Below are positions 38,305 to 49,251 of a stretch of 64,000 bases of DNA, one piece after another. The position numbers and the translations under genes are program-made. The stretch is taken from NCBI GenBank assembly GCA_963778115.1, contig CAVZSV010000004.1, forward strand, positions 1,280,001-1,344,000, given 5' to 3'. The stretch is from an uncultured delta proteobacterium (GTDB lineage Bacteria > Bdellovibrionota > FAC87 > UBA2466). Position 1 is the first letter of the stretch; each line of letters opens with the position of its first letter. A model generated the notes under the pieces. That model made no database searches. It was not told where the DNA came from and saw only the letters and a list, made by a program, of their open reading frames with translations.

Positions 38305-39411
38305 TTACTTAATATCGTCCATCGTAGGAATCGGTTGATTCGGATCGATGTAAATCTCTTGAGTCAGATCAGGACGCTCGTTTTCCCAACCTTTTTTGTG
38401 CTCCACCATCGCCGTTAGCCATTGACCCAGGTTCTGATCCCCAGACTGAATTCCGCCAAGAGCCTCCACGGTATGACAATGCATGGACGTATTGGTGTAG
38501 AAGACTTTGGCTCTTGGGTTATTCAACCCAAGGTACTTATCCGAGAGATCGATAATGGTGTCTCGAACGGCCGTGAAAGGTGACGCTGACCCCACCGCGA
38601 GCGCAAAGAACGTCATCGTTTTATCTTGATAAGACGAGATAAACCCGAAATCGATATCGGGGTATCGCTTACCATTGTCGGCGATAAGCCCCGAAAAATC
38701 GGTTACCCCCTCGGGCAAAGTTTTATCCGCTCCCCAGTTAGTCATCACCATCTTGTACTTGTCGGCGTTAATGTAAGGGGGACGAAAGGGAGTTCCCGCG
38801 TCACTAATTACCATCTTTTCCGAATCAGGAAAGGCCTTAGCCAAGGTTCCCATATGATAGTAGGCGCCTATCCCACCAGCGCTACATCCTAGTAGCACCA
38901 CTTTGTCGGGATTAGGAAAAATCGATTTCACTTTATCGAAAGCGAGTTGGACATTTTTGAAGCCTTGATGTCGGATAACGTAAGGTGCTGCGTCCGTGCC
39001 GTAGTTAATCGTACGAGCACCCGCGTGCACATCTCCCGTACAGTAGGGCACTGTCACCACACTATAGTCGGCTGCGAATGGATTATTAGAATCGGTCGCA
39101 TCTCCGATGCCGTCTCCGTTATTCCAATCCGTAGGGGTCTCCGTTCTGGTGAGAGGATTTGCTAGTCCCTTCTTGCAGGTTTGAGCATCCCAACACGCAC
39201 CGCCCCCGGTGAGATAGACCAATACATGTTTGGCCGTTGGACGACGAGTCAACGTAATGAACGAAGGAGTTCCGTCGGCGCAAGTAGAACCCGGTAACTC
39301 AATCAGACATTCCTTATTATCTTGGCAGTTAGTTGAGATTGCGGCCGATGAAACCATTGCCCAACCAAAGGCCCACGCCGATAGCAGAAGCCCCATTTTG
39401 CGAATACCCAT
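38305..39411 (-). CDS. secreted pectinacetylesterase/Notum-family hydrolase
   Basis: CADGT, LTGGGACW, VPYCTGDVH, GCSAGG, C-terminal HC. Confidence 0.88.
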   Translation of the reverse strand: MGIRKMGLLLSAWAFGWAMVSSAAISTNCQDNKECLIELPGSTCADGTPSFITLTRRPTAKHVLVYLTGGGACWDAQTCKKGLANPLTRTETPTDWNNGDGIGDATDSNNPFAADYSVVTVPYCTGDVHAGARTINYGTDAAPYVIRHQGFKNVQLAFDKVKSIFPNPDKVVLLGCSAGGIGAYYHMGTLAKAFPDSEKMVISDAGTPFRPPYINADKYKMVMTNWGADKTLPEGVTDFSGLIADNGKRYPDIDFGFISSYQDKTMTFFALAVGSASPFTAVRDTIIDLSDKYLGLNNPRAKVFYTNTSMHCHTVEALGGIQSGDQNLGQWLTAMVEHKKGWENERPDLTQEIYIDPNQPIPTMDDIK

Positions 39412-39533
39412 GTCCCCTCCCCAGTGAAAAACGTCCCAGTGCGCTATTCACCAATGGTTGGGTAGGGCTGACAAGCTGCGGCGAGTCATTTAGCGTTTTT
39501 ACGCACAGTATCGCCGCCGAAAATTCACATTTT

Positions 39534-39818
39534 TTATTTACCCGAACATCCCCCGGGCATGGGCATCGATCTGGGTTTAGGTAGATAAGGCGAGCCGGAA
39601 GATCCTGCCGAAGAGCCCGAGCTTCCCGTGGAAGTCGAACTTCCGCTCCCGCTGGAACTACTGGTGGTTCCAGATCCGGAAGTACTACTTCCCGATTCCG
39701 TCAGAGCGTTTCCAGATATAGATGAAAACTCGGAAGCAGAGTCGCTTCCACATCCAGAACAAAGTAACAATACTCCTAAAAAGCCCACCACGATCCAAAA
39801 CCAATAACGTCCCATCAT
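39534..39818 (-). CDS. small Ser/Gly-rich putative lipoprotein
   Basis: Hydrophobic leader ending LLCSGC; low-complexity Ser/Gly body. Confidence 0.5.
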   Translation of the reverse strand: MMGRYWFWIVVGFLGVLLLCSGCGSDSASEFSSISGNALTESGSSTSGSGTTSSSSGSGSSTSTGSSGSSAGSSGSPYLPKPRSMPMPGGCSGK

Positions 39819-40144
39819 TTTATTCTTACCTTTCCTAGTAGACTATGCAGTATGCGGATGTTCACTTCGAAGATGTAGCGGCGAGACTTTGTGGCCAGGC
39901 AGATTACTACTTTGCAAAAGACGGTCCCAAGATCTCCCGCAGTAAGAAAGTTCGACGCTTGTCTAAGTTTTTGACGTCTGATCAGATCTAAAACAAGAAA
40001 AGCGGGCGAAAGAGACGACGATACTGATACTTAGACGAGCACGTAAAAGAAGTATCTGTTTTTTGGCGAACACACAAAAATCTTCTCCCTCCCGCGCGGG
40101 AGAAAGAAGAAACCCCTGGCAATCCCCCTATTCCCCTTGTTACA

Positions 40145-41050
40145 GTGCGGGCCATGTCCGCACTCTTCATTGGAGCGGTTCTCATCGGGTTTGCTCCTAT
40201 TTTCGTTAAGCTGGTCGCAACCTCCCCGACGGCAACCGGATTTTATCGCTGTGCTTTTGCGAGTATTTTTCTTGGACTTTTGCTAAGCACTAAAGTCTTG
40301 GCTCGAAATAAAGCCTTTACCCCCAGAAAATGGCCGAAGCAGGCCAAGGGGCTCGCGGTCCTTGCGGGGCTTATCTTTGCTGGTGATCTTTTTGTCTGGC
40401 ATCGTGCCGTCATCTATGCCGGTGCGGGAATGGGTACCATTTTGGGGAACACCCAGGTCTTTTACGTTTCCCTTGTTGGAATTTTTTTCTTTCACGAAAA
40501 GTTAACCGCTCGTTTCCTTCTTGCCGTTGGCACGGCCTTAATAGGAGTTTTCCTCCTGGTGAGCTACCGGATGAAGGTCCCTGACGAAAGCCGCTATTGG
40601 TGGGGCATCGCTTTCGGACTCTCCACCGGCATTTTTTTTTCTAGTTACCTTTTGACTCTTCGACGCATCGAAAGCTTATCGGTGGGAATACCTACCGAAC
40701 ACCTCATGCTCGTGGTCTCGGCGGTCTCGGCTTTAGGATTGCTTCCGGTTGCTATTTACGAACAGACACTCCGACTTCCCTTGGGTAGGGAATGGGTTTT
40801 GTTACCGGCATTGGCGCTGATAGCTCAGATCGGCGGATGGATCCTGATCACTAGGAATCTCCCCAAGGTTCCCGTCTCGCGTGCTGGTCTTGTCCTGCTC
40901 ATGCAACCTGTAGTCGCAACGGTGGTGGGAAATATTTTTTTCGGCGAACGGATGACTCCGATCCAAGTGATGGGTGCATCCCTAACGTTGTTAGCCATCT
41001 ATCTGGGAACACTTAAAACGACAAAGGTGGTTGTCCCTGCCCAAGACTAG
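40145..41050 (+). CDS. DMT/EamA-family transporter
   Basis: About 10 TM segments in two EamA repeats; start may be ATG at 40154. Confidence 0.9.
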   Translation: MRAMSALFIGAVLIGFAPIFVKLVATSPTATGFYRCAFASIFLGLLLSTKVLARNKAFTPRKWPKQAKGLAVLAGLIFAGDLFVWHRAVIYAGAGMGTILGNTQVFYVSLVGIFFFHEKLTARFLLAVGTALIGVFLLVSYRMKVPDESRYWWGIAFGLSTGIFFSSYLLTLRRIESLSVGIPTEHLMLVVSAVSALGLLPVAIYEQTLRLPLGREWVLLPALALIAQIGGWILITRNLPKVPVSRAGLVLLMQPVVATVVGNIFFGERMTPIQVMGASLTLLAIYLGTLKTTKVVVPAQD

Positions 41051-41060
41051 CACGTAAGGC

Positions 41061-42095
41061 TCAGAGAATCCCTAGGCTCACCCCAAGATCATCCTTAGAA
41101 AAAAGGCCCTCTTCCTTTAGCTTCCACCAACGCGCAAAGCGAACCAGCCCTTCGTCCAAACTAATTTTGGGACTATAATTTAGTTCTTCTTTGGCTCGAG
41201 AGATATCCAGAGTCTGGGTCCTAGCCATCAACCCTACTCCATAGCGCGTAAGAGGAGGCTCTTCTTGCGGCCTTTTCCATTCATAGAACTTTTCAGTAAC
41301 CGCAGCCGTGGCATAAGCGATAGGGAATGGCATCTTGCGAATTTTCGCTTTAATTCCCAGAGCCGAAAAAAGCTTCGTCACCAAAGAGCCTGAAGTGATG
41401 GGCTCTCCATTAGTAATATTATAAATATTTCCCAATATCTTTTCTGGGCCGGTAACGCATAACAAAAGAGCATCCACGACATTATCGATATACGTGAGAT
41501 CCAAAAACGATTTGCCTCCTCCCACCAGAGGAATGATCCCCTTTTCCCCAGCCCGAATGAGCCGGACCAAAACCGCTTGATCCCCTGGTCCAAAGATCGC
41601 ACGTGGTCGTAACGAGACCGCTTTGAGGCCGGATTTCGCGGCTTCGGCCACTAGTTCGTCAGCCATTTTCTTGGTTGCGGCATAAGCGGTGACGGGTTTC
41701 GGTATAGGCTCAGATTCGCGAATCATCGACCGATGGCGGTAATTGAAATAAAGGCTTGGTGTAGAAAGATAAATGAGACGGGAGACTCTATGTTGAACGC
41801 AACCTTGAATCACATTTTGCGTTCCCAAAACATTTGCGGAATAAAACTTGTCATAAGCACCCCACGGAGAAGCAAGTCCTCCCGAATGAATGACCATATC
41901 CATGTCGGAGCATGCGGAAGCAATCGCTTTACCATTTTCGAGATCAGCCTGAATGAAACGAACCCCGCGGGCCTGAAGGGCTTCACCAATCGCACGGCTT
42001 CGCCCCAAAACAACCACTTCGTTGCCCTCTTTTTTAAGACGGAGGGCGGCGTGCCTTCCCAAAAAACCCGTTCCTCCAGTGACTAGTATCCGCAT
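41061..42095 (-). CDS. NAD-dependent epimerase/3-beta-HSD-family extended SDR
   Basis: TGGTGFLG, YAATK, LRPRAIFGPGD. Confidence 0.92.
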   Translation of the reverse strand: MRILVTGGTGFLGRHAALRLKKEGNEVVVLGRSRAIGEALQARGVRFIQADLENGKAIASACSDMDMVIHSGGLASPWGAYDKFYSANVLGTQNVIQGCVQHRVSRLIYLSTPSLYFNYRHRSMIRESEPIPKPVTAYAATKKMADELVAEAAKSGLKAVSLRPRAIFGPGDQAVLVRLIRAGEKGIIPLVGGGKSFLDLTYIDNVVDALLLCVTGPEKILGNIYNITNGEPITSGSLVTKLFSALGIKAKIRKMPFPIAYATAAVTEKFYEWKRPQEEPPLTRYGVGLMARTQTLDISRAKEELNYSPKISLDEGLVRFARWWKLKEEGLFSKDDLGVSLGIL

Positions 42096-42178
42096 CAGTC
42101 TTCTTTATCATGATACTGATTGGTGTTAAGCTCAAAATTCGAACTTTCCAAAACCCGATCTCATACATAAAAGTGAAA

Positions 42179-44221
42179 ATGCCCACGCAAAATGATCCTT
42201 TTGAATGGTTGGAGGACGTTAGCGGCGAAAGAGCGCTTAGCTGGGCCCGTAGTCAGAACGAAAAAACCCTCGCTTTTCTCAAACAAAAAGAACGTTTTCC
42301 TTTGATCGAATCTGAAATTAGAAAAATCCTGCTAGCCACCGACCGGCTGCCCATCCCTACCCTTCGTGATGGTTGGGCCTATAATTTCTGGCAAGACAAA
42401 GATCATGTAAGAGGAATTTGGCGACGTACTCCGGTTGAGGAATATGAAAAGCAAAATCCCCAATGGCAAACGCTGCTAGACATCGATGCCCTGGCCAAGA
42501 AAGAAAATGAAAATTGGGTTTGGGCAGGCGCGCATTGCCTGCCTCCCGCTAATGAACGTTGCCTAGTTCATCTTTCTCGCGGCGGAAAAGATGCTTCTGT
42601 CATGAGGGAATACGACCTGAAACATCTCTGTTTTGTCGACGAGGGCTTTGCGTTACCAGAGGCGAAATCCAGAACTAGTTGGAAAGACGAAAATACTTTA
42701 CTGGTGGCGACTGATTTTGGCGAAGGATCTCTTACGACGTCGGGTTACCCTCGAATCGTTAAACTCTGGACTCGCGGAACACCCCTTTCCTCCGCAATGA
42801 CACTTCTTGAGGGAAATGCCACCGATGTTTCAGTAGGAGCGGCTACCGAGTTTCGATCCGAGCGCTCTTATAGTCTAATTTATCGAAGCCTCTCTTTCTT
42901 CGAATCCGAGTTTTGGGTTCTGCAACAGAGCGGCACTCTTCAGAAGCTTCCCTTGCCCATCGATGCCTCATTTCAGGGGTTCTTCCAGGAACAAGTTCTC
43001 ATTAGCCTTCGTTCCGATTGGAAGATAGTTCACAAAACGTTTCGCGCGGGTTCGCTAGTGTCGATATCTCTAGACGAGATAGCTTTGCCAATGGAGAAAC
43101 TTACCCCACAAATCGTTTACGCGCCCGATGCCTCCGCGGCACTAAATAACAGCGTTACCACCAAAAGCGCTCTTTACCTCGCCGTTCTCCAAAATGTACA
43201 GGGAAAGGTCCTGAAAGTGGTCCGGGACGGAGAGGTTTGGCAAACCTTTCAGGTCAATCTGCCCGAAAATGGCGTTGTCGAACTTATCAGTGCAAATGAT
43301 TTTGAAGAAGAGCTCATCGTCCAATATGAGAGTTTTTTGGTTCCTCCCACACTCTATTTGATCGAAGATCCGCTCAAACCTCACTTATTGAAAAGTCTCC
43401 CCGAACGTTTCGATGCTTCCCAAATGGTCACGGAACAGTTCTTCGCCAACAGTGATGACGGCAGTTCGATTCCTTATTTTCTCATTCACAAAAAACAGAT
43501 GTCCTCGTACGGTGACAATCCTACTTATTTGGGTGGCTACGGTGGATTTCAAATTTCACAGACTCCCCATTACTTGAACCAAATGGGAAAGGTCTGGCTG
43601 GAAAAAGGGGGCGTTGTTGCGATCGCCAATATACGAGGAGGAGGAGAGTTCGGACCGCAGTGGCATCAAGCAGCTTTGACCAAGAATCGTCAAAAGGCTT
43701 TTGATGATTTCGCCACGATCGCTAAAGATTTAATTCATCGCAAGATCACTTCCGCCAAACATCTAGGAATTCGCGGCGGCAGTAATGGCGGACTGCTCGT
43801 GGGGGTCGCCTTCACGCAACACCCGGAACTTTATAACGCCGTTCTCTGTGAAGTCCCTCTACTCGATATGCTCCGCTACCATAAGCTGCTGGCGGGAGCG
43901 AGCTGGATCGCCGAATATGGAGACCCAGAAGATCCCACAATGGCTGCGTTTCTAAAAGCCTATTCGCCTTATCAAAATGTCTTGAGGGAGAATAAATATC
44001 CGAAAGTTTTTTTCTACACTTCGACGAAAGACGACAGAGTACATCCGGGTCATGCCAGAAAAATGGCCGCTAAAATGGAATCGCAAGGCCATCCCATTTT
44101 CTATTACGAGAATATCGAAGGAGGACACGGAGGAGCCGCGAATCTGGATCAACAAATTCTAAAAAGTACGATGCAATACACTTACCTCTTCGAACAACTA
44201 TTTCCGAAACACAAACCCTGA
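42179..44221 (+). CDS. prolyl oligopeptidase (S9A)
   Basis: DPFEWLE, GYGGF, NIRGGGEFG, GGSNGG, DDRVHP, GGH. Confidence 0.95.
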   Translation: MPTQNDPFEWLEDVSGERALSWARSQNEKTLAFLKQKERFPLIESEIRKILLATDRLPIPTLRDGWAYNFWQDKDHVRGIWRRTPVEEYEKQNPQWQTLLDIDALAKKENENWVWAGAHCLPPANERCLVHLSRGGKDASVMREYDLKHLCFVDEGFALPEAKSRTSWKDENTLLVATDFGEGSLTTSGYPRIVKLWTRGTPLSSAMTLLEGNATDVSVGAATEFRSERSYSLIYRSLSFFESEFWVLQQSGTLQKLPLPIDASFQGFFQEQVLISLRSDWKIVHKTFRAGSLVSISLDEIALPMEKLTPQIVYAPDASAALNNSVTTKSALYLAVLQNVQGKVLKVVRDGEVWQTFQVNLPENGVVELISANDFEEELIVQYESFLVPPTLYLIEDPLKPHLLKSLPERFDASQMVTEQFFANSDDGSSIPYFLIHKKQMSSYGDNPTYLGGYGGFQISQTPHYLNQMGKVWLEKGGVVAIANIRGGGEFGPQWHQAALTKNRQKAFDDFATIAKDLIHRKITSAKHLGIRGGSNGGLLVGVAFTQHPELYNAVLCEVPLLDMLRYHKLLAGASWIAEYGDPEDPTMAAFLKAYSPYQNVLRENKYPKVFFYTSTKDDRVHPGHARKMAAKMESQGHPIFYYENIEGGHGGAANLDQQILKSTMQYTYLFEQLFPKHKP

Positions 44222-44424
44222 TCTCTATTTTCAATTTTCAATTTTCGATTTTCTAGATTTCGCGAACGCAAAATATTACGTGGCGCGTTACTCGATTTGT
44301 TGGCACAACCATTTTCAACTTCCCAATCTCCTCAGACCATATTAGAGATTGAAGTGTGGGACTCCTCTGGGGTTGGGGACTCCTGTAACTTCTCTCAGTT
44401 CGAGAAAATAGTCCGGGAAAATTC

Positions 44425-45183
44425 ATGAAATTCATTAGCCTGTTTTTGACGGGTCTTCTCTTTTCTATGTCCGCTCCGGCACTTCCAAGCCATTTGGATG
44501 ATATCCGCAAGGTGGGCGTCCTACATGCGGCCACCGAAGGAGCCTTCCCTCCCTTTAACTTCTTTAAGGGCAAGGACCTTGTCGGATTCGAAGTCGATTT
44601 GACCAACGAAATAGGCAAACGAATGGGGCTTAAGGTCGACTGGCGGACCTACTCCTTTGACTCACTGCTAATCGGACTTGAAGAGCACCGTTACGACGTG
44701 GTTGCCGCTTCGCATGCCATCACTCCAGAAAGAGCGAAAGCGGTGGATTTCGCTAATCCTCACTATTGCACTGGTGGTGTGCTCTTAACCAAGGCCGGCG
44801 GCCCGCTAAGCACTCGTGAGCTTGCGAGCAAAGTGGTCGCGGTCGGTGTAGGAACGAGTTACGCCCAATATCTCTCGGCTCAAAAAGGAGTTACGGTCAG
44901 AACGTATCCAAAAGATCTGGACGCCATTCAAGCGCTCATTGCTGGAAATGTAGATGCGATGATGACCGATAAGTTTTCTATCTTGGACTTGAAAAAGCAG
45001 GGCAAACTTCCAGGTCTTAAATACAGCGGCATTGTGGAATATGAAAAAGTGGCCATCGCGGTTCCCAAGAATGAACCTCAACTTCTTGCGGCTCTCAACG
45101 CGGGTTTACAAAAAACTCTTGACGATGGCACTTACGCTAAATTGAGCAACAAATATTTTGGTGAGGACATTCGCTGCAAATAG
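44425..45183 (+). CDS. polar amino-acid ABC transporter substrate-binding protein
   Basis: FPPF, GFEVD, ITPERAKAVDF, KYFG. Confidence 0.93.
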   Translation: MKFISLFLTGLLFSMSAPALPSHLDDIRKVGVLHAATEGAFPPFNFFKGKDLVGFEVDLTNEIGKRMGLKVDWRTYSFDSLLIGLEEHRYDVVAASHAITPERAKAVDFANPHYCTGGVLLTKAGGPLSTRELASKVVAVGVGTSYAQYLSAQKGVTVRTYPKDLDAIQALIAGNVDAMMTDKFSILDLKKQGKLPGLKYSGIVEYEKVAIAVPKNEPQLLAALNAGLQKTLDDGTYAKLSNKYFGEDIRCK

Positions 45184-45198
45184 AGCGAAAGTGTCTGG

Positions 45199-46053
45199 AT
45201 GAGGACTTCAAAAACGCCCGGGAAAAAGACTGGTGCGCCTGGTGAACTAGCGCGAGTCCTACTTTTCTTGGTGGCTTGCGCTCTTGGCTTTTGGGTCTTC
45301 TTCATCACTCTCACCAAAATTCTCCGTTACATGCCAGAACCTATCGGTTCCCGGGCCGAGCTGTTTTCTTCGGGTGCCCAACAGACTCTTCTCCTTACGT
45401 TGGCCGCTGGAATTTTTGGCCTCATCGCGGGAGTTCTGGCAGGTCTAGGCAAACTTAGCAAGCGAGCATGGATACGAACTCCCACCGATTTCTATGTCTG
45501 GATAATGCGCGGAACCCCTTTACTGGTGCAGATCCTTTTCGTCTATTATGCGGTCCCCTCCATTCTGCAGGGTCTGGTGACCTCGTTGGGAGCTGTATTT
45601 CCCAACTACGTCTCGGTCGAAAGTCTGATGCCGTGGACGAGACTCGGTGAATTTGGAGCCGCCTGCTTAGCGTTGGCTTTGAATGTCGGTGCCTATAACG
45701 CTGAAGTCATCCGAGCTGGAGTTCTAGCCGTTCCCAGGGGGCAACGAGAGGCCGCGGAGAGTTTAGGGCTTTCGGGAACTCAAACGATGCGATGGGTGAT
45801 TCTTCCGCAGGCCATTCGTATCGTAATCCCTCCTTTAGTAAATAATATCGTGGCGCTTTTAAAAGACAGCTCTCTTGCTTCGACTATCGGACTCTTGGAG
45901 TTGAGCCTTGCGGGAAATCGAATCTCAAGCGAAACGTTTCTACCGGTTCCCGTCCTTACTACCGTCGCCTGCATTTATCTCGCTCTGACTACCGCTCTTT
46001 CGATCATCACTACCTTCCTTGAAAAGCGTCTTGCCGTCGGGAGGCGAAATTAA
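45199..46053 (+). CDS. amino-acid ABC transporter permease
   Basis: [28 protein letters not shown]. Confidence 0.93.
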   Translation: MRTSKTPGKKTGAPGELARVLLFLVACALGFWVFFITLTKILRYMPEPIGSRAELFSSGAQQTLLLTLAAGIFGLIAGVLAGLGKLSKRAWIRTPTDFYVWIMRGTPLLVQILFVYYAVPSILQGLVTSLGAVFPNYVSVESLMPWTRLGEFGAACLALALNVGAYNAEVIRAGVLAVPRGQREAAESLGLSGTQTMRWVILPQAIRIVIPPLVNNIVALLKDSSLASTIGLLELSLAGNRISSETFLPVPVLTTVACIYLALTTALSIITTFLEKRLAVGRRN

Positions 46054-46814
46054 TGGCTCGAAGTACTGCTAAAGATTCCTCGGTCCCCATGGTAGTCGCC
46101 AAGGACGTACACAAACACTATGGTGAGTTTCATGCGCTAAAGGGAGTTTCTCTCGAAGTAGCGCGGGGTGAAGTGGTCGTTGTCGTTGGGCCTTCGGGTT
46201 CAGGGAAATCTACCTTCATTCGCAGTATCAATCTACTTGAGCCCTACCAATCGGGTGAGATTCTAGTCGAAAACATTAAAGTAGAACCCGGCCCTAACCT
46301 GCGGCAAATTCGACAAGAGGTGGGGATGGTTTTTCAGAGCTTTAACCTTTTCCCTCATCTTACGGTTATCGAAAACATCACTCTGGCTCCAAAGAAAGTA
46401 GCAAGGGTTCAGGAAGAGGATGCGATACGCCTTGCTCGCGAGTTACTCCAACGCGTCGGACTGTCTGCTCATGCCGATAAATTTCCCGATGAACTCTCCG
46501 GCGGCCAACAGCAGCGAGTGGCTATTGCTCGTGCCCTTGCCATGCAACCCAAAGTGATGCTCTTTGACGAGCCCACCAGTGCCCTTGACCCCGAGATGAT
46601 CGCCGAAGTCTTGGCGGTAATGAAAGAATTGGCCAAATCCGGAATGACCATGCTCGTGGTCACCCATGAGATGGGCTTTGCCCGCGAAGTTGCCGATCGC
46701 GTGGTGTTTTTCGACGAAGGTAGGATTGTCGAAGCGACTACTCCGGCAAAGTTCTTTGAAAGTCCCAGCCACGAAAGAAGCAAACTCTTCTTGAGCCAAA
46801 TTCTCAAAAGGTAG
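46053..46814 (+). CDS. amino-acid ABC transporter ATP-binding protein (GlnQ-like)
   Basis: [47 protein letters not shown]. Confidence 0.95.
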   Translation: MARSTAKDSSVPMVVAKDVHKHYGEFHALKGVSLEVARGEVVVVVGPSGSGKSTFIRSINLLEPYQSGEILVENIKVEPGPNLRQIRQEVGMVFQSFNLFPHLTVIENITLAPKKVARVQEEDAIRLARELLQRVGLSAHADKFPDELSGGQQQRVAIARALAMQPKVMLFDEPTSALDPEMIAEVLAVMKELAKSGMTMLVVTHEMGFAREVADRVVFFDEGRIVEATTPAKFFESPSHERSKLFLSQILKR

Positions 46815-46933
46815 CCGCTACTCTCTGCCTACCGCCTCTGGACGGTCCTCCCGGAAGCCCTATTCCTTGTCTTTACAAGGGACGGCTCTTATGATGAACA
46901 GAATAAGGGACATTGGGTTAAGGGGGTTGGGGC

Positions 46934-47317
46934 ATGTCAACGATAGAACTTCGGATTCCTCTCACACCAAGCTTAAAAGAACCGGTGAAGCGCTGGATCG
47001 ATCGTTTCACCCTCATGGAGCCACACTGGACGGAGTATCCCAGTGTGGAAAAGGATGAATTGCGCATAGGCTGTTTATGCTTTCCTTTCTTTCTAGCCTA
47101 CGCCGATGAAAGCGAGTCAAACGAGTTCGATCTGCACCGCCTAAAGAAGCTAGGGGAATGGGGAATCAAGCTTCGTCTGAAAGACGAATACTCCTCTTCC
47201 CGACGCAACTACTTCGAACAGGCGCTTAACAATCTGAAATATATTCGAGTAGGCGAATTCTTAGTGAGCACCGCTACGGACGAGAGCGTTCGCGAAAATG
47301 CTGGGCCGAAAGGCTAA
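46934..47317 (+). CDS. hypothetical protein
   Basis: 127-aa ORF filling the intergenic gap; no motif recognised. Confidence 0.55.
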   Translation: MSTIELRIPLTPSLKEPVKRWIDRFTLMEPHWTEYPSVEKDELRIGCLCFPFFLAYADESESNEFDLHRLKKLGEWGIKLRLKDEYSSSRRNYFEQALNNLKYIRVGEFLVSTATDESVRENAGPKG

Positions 47318-47323
47318 AGCCCT

Positions 47324-48031
47324 TCATCCGTTGGTATAGACCACGAACGCCGCACTGGTACCCACTTGGTTGCACCCATAGGCAATCCTAGCGTATCCCT
47401 GCTCGCCCCATGCCGAGCCCCACATGTTTCGAATGATCCAGTATCCGCCGGCGTCGTCCCAGCCCACGATGCTCACCAGATGGTTTATGCCTTGGCTAGA
47501 ATCGCATTGATTGAACACACCGCTGGAATAACTCGAAAAGGCTTCACTCGCGTAAATACCCGCCGTGATGGGCCCGTATTGTAAGAGTGCCGTTTTGATG
47601 GCTTCCGTATTCGCCATTGCCTCGGAGTTGGCGGGATCGGCGTAACCCCAACTAGTCGCTTTCCGAAAGATGGGAACTGATTTGCAAGTTTCGTCAGTAC
47701 CCGTGTAAGGATAATCGCTTTCCAAAACCACCCCATTGGAAACGACAAAGGGAGTAGCGTCCCAACCTCCTTCACAGGAACTTCCAGCGGAATCGCAATC
47801 TAGAATGAATTGTTCACTCAATGTTACTTGCAGCCCCTCTTGCTTGAAAATGGCATACTCCATCGCGGTGTTAGCGGGAAATGCCCACGTCGAGCCACAC
47901 TGGCCTTCGTTCTTTACGGGACGTAACGCTCCCGGAGTGTCCCTTAGATCATAGTGCGCAGGAAGCGGCGTTGAAGCCGCGAAAGCAACAGCATGAATGG
48001 AAAAATAGGTCGCTAGTAATAGACGAAGCAT
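47324..48031 (-). CDS. secreted papain-fold (C1A) protein with substituted nucleophile
   Basis: LPAHYDLR, PVKNEGQCGSTWAF, LSEQFILDC, CEGG, NHLVSIVGW, WIIRNMWG. Confidence 0.9.
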   Translation of the reverse strand: MLRLLLATYFSIHAVAFAASTPLPAHYDLRDTPGALRPVKNEGQCGSTWAFPANTAMEYAIFKQEGLQVTLSEQFILDCDSAGSSCEGGWDATPFVVSNGVVLESDYPYTGTDETCKSVPIFRKATSWGYADPANSEAMANTEAIKTALLQYGPITAGIYASEAFSSYSSGVFNQCDSSQGINHLVSIVGWDDAGGYWIIRNMWGSAWGEQGYARIAYGCNQVGTSAAFVVYTNG

Positions 48032-48142
48032 GGCGAGTCTCCTGGTTGCGGGTTTCTTTTACTTTAGCGCCTATAGAAAACCGTTGAAGTGAAGGCGCAT
48101 AAAGGTGTTAGCAAAAGTTACCTTGGAGTCTCGAGATAGGGA

Positions 48143-49144
48143 TTACTTTGTCTGTGGTTCAAAAAACAGACGTCTAAATTCGAACGGGAGTTCTTTCGCT
48201 TTTCCAGTCATGGTCGAACGCACCATCAGTCTCACATCTCCCGAGGCGTGAACCGTCTCCTCGCCAGGAACATCGGTCTGGCCGCTTAGCGTTTCGAAAT
48301 GAATGACTAGTTCTCTGCCTCCATTTTCCACTGAGGTAACCCAAGAACGAGTCACGACGTTGCCTAGACCCGTGATAGGCAACAACACCGACATCTTTAA
48401 GTTCCCAATCGCAAAACCAGTCTGGAAATTCCGGAAGTAGATTGGATCAGCATCAAATCTAGCGATAGATTGATTCCATCGGTTGGCTACAAAAAGAGAG
48501 ACATACCCGCCGGGATGCAACTCACCGGCCATGGGTCCCAATTGTTGCCACTGCACTCCCTCGGTATCTTCGTAGACCACGGGCACTCCATATCCGGGAA
48601 TGGCTACTTTCGGAAGATCCTCCGCGGAATGGTAAAACTGCTGCGAAAAGATCATGAAACGGTTAGAGAAAGTGATGCTACCAAAAGCGTAGCTCCGATT
48701 GGTTTGGGCGTCTGAAATCCGAAATCCGATCAGGGCAGTCCTTTCCATATTCGACAATACGGGCTTTTCAATGCTCACCTTGATGTTTCCTAGCTTCGTG
48801 ATAGGCCACGCAAAAGTGATATCGAAATCGGAAGCCACCAGGCGATTGATCACCGAACAGCTCTTGGACTCTAATCCCTGATCGTGGCAAGATTGGGTAA
48901 TAGCGGAAGTAACCCAATTTAAATAACGGCTGGAATTCACGTGATCAAAAGGGTCGAAATCGCTCCCTAGAACGGAGAGTTGAACTTCAGAAGCCTTAAG
49001 GCCCTTTGCTTTAATCTTGTCAAAACAGAAGGGTTGGCCCGAGGCTAAAGGCATCAGCCCGAGGAGGGAGAAAAAACAGAAACTCCTTAAAAACCAAGCC
49101 TGTAGCTGATTTCCGAGGGCTTCTCCTACTATCCCTTTGATCAT
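48143..49144 (-). CDS. secreted double hot-dog thioesterase-like protein
   Basis: DFDPFDHVNSSRY resembles the 4HBT motif; degenerate second copy. Confidence 0.6.
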   Translation of the reverse strand: MIKGIVGEALGNQLQAWFLRSFCFFSLLGLMPLASGQPFCFDKIKAKGLKASEVQLSVLGSDFDPFDHVNSSRYLNWVTSAITQSCHDQGLESKSCSVINRLVASDFDITFAWPITKLGNIKVSIEKPVLSNMERTALIGFRISDAQTNRSYAFGSITFSNRFMIFSQQFYHSAEDLPKVAIPGYGVPVVYEDTEGVQWQQLGPMAGELHPGGYVSLFVANRWNQSIARFDADPIYFRNFQTGFAIGNLKMSVLLPITGLGNVVTRSWVTSVENGGRELVIHFETLSGQTDVPGEETVHASGDVRLMVRSTMTGKAKELPFEFRRLFFEPQTK

Positions 49145-49251
49145 AAGGTGCCTATACCACGAATAGGCTGGGCTTCATAATTTTTACTCTGCCGCTTTCC
49201 CCTGACAGCCCCAACTCGACAGGAAGGACCACCTTAGCTACACTAAGCAGG

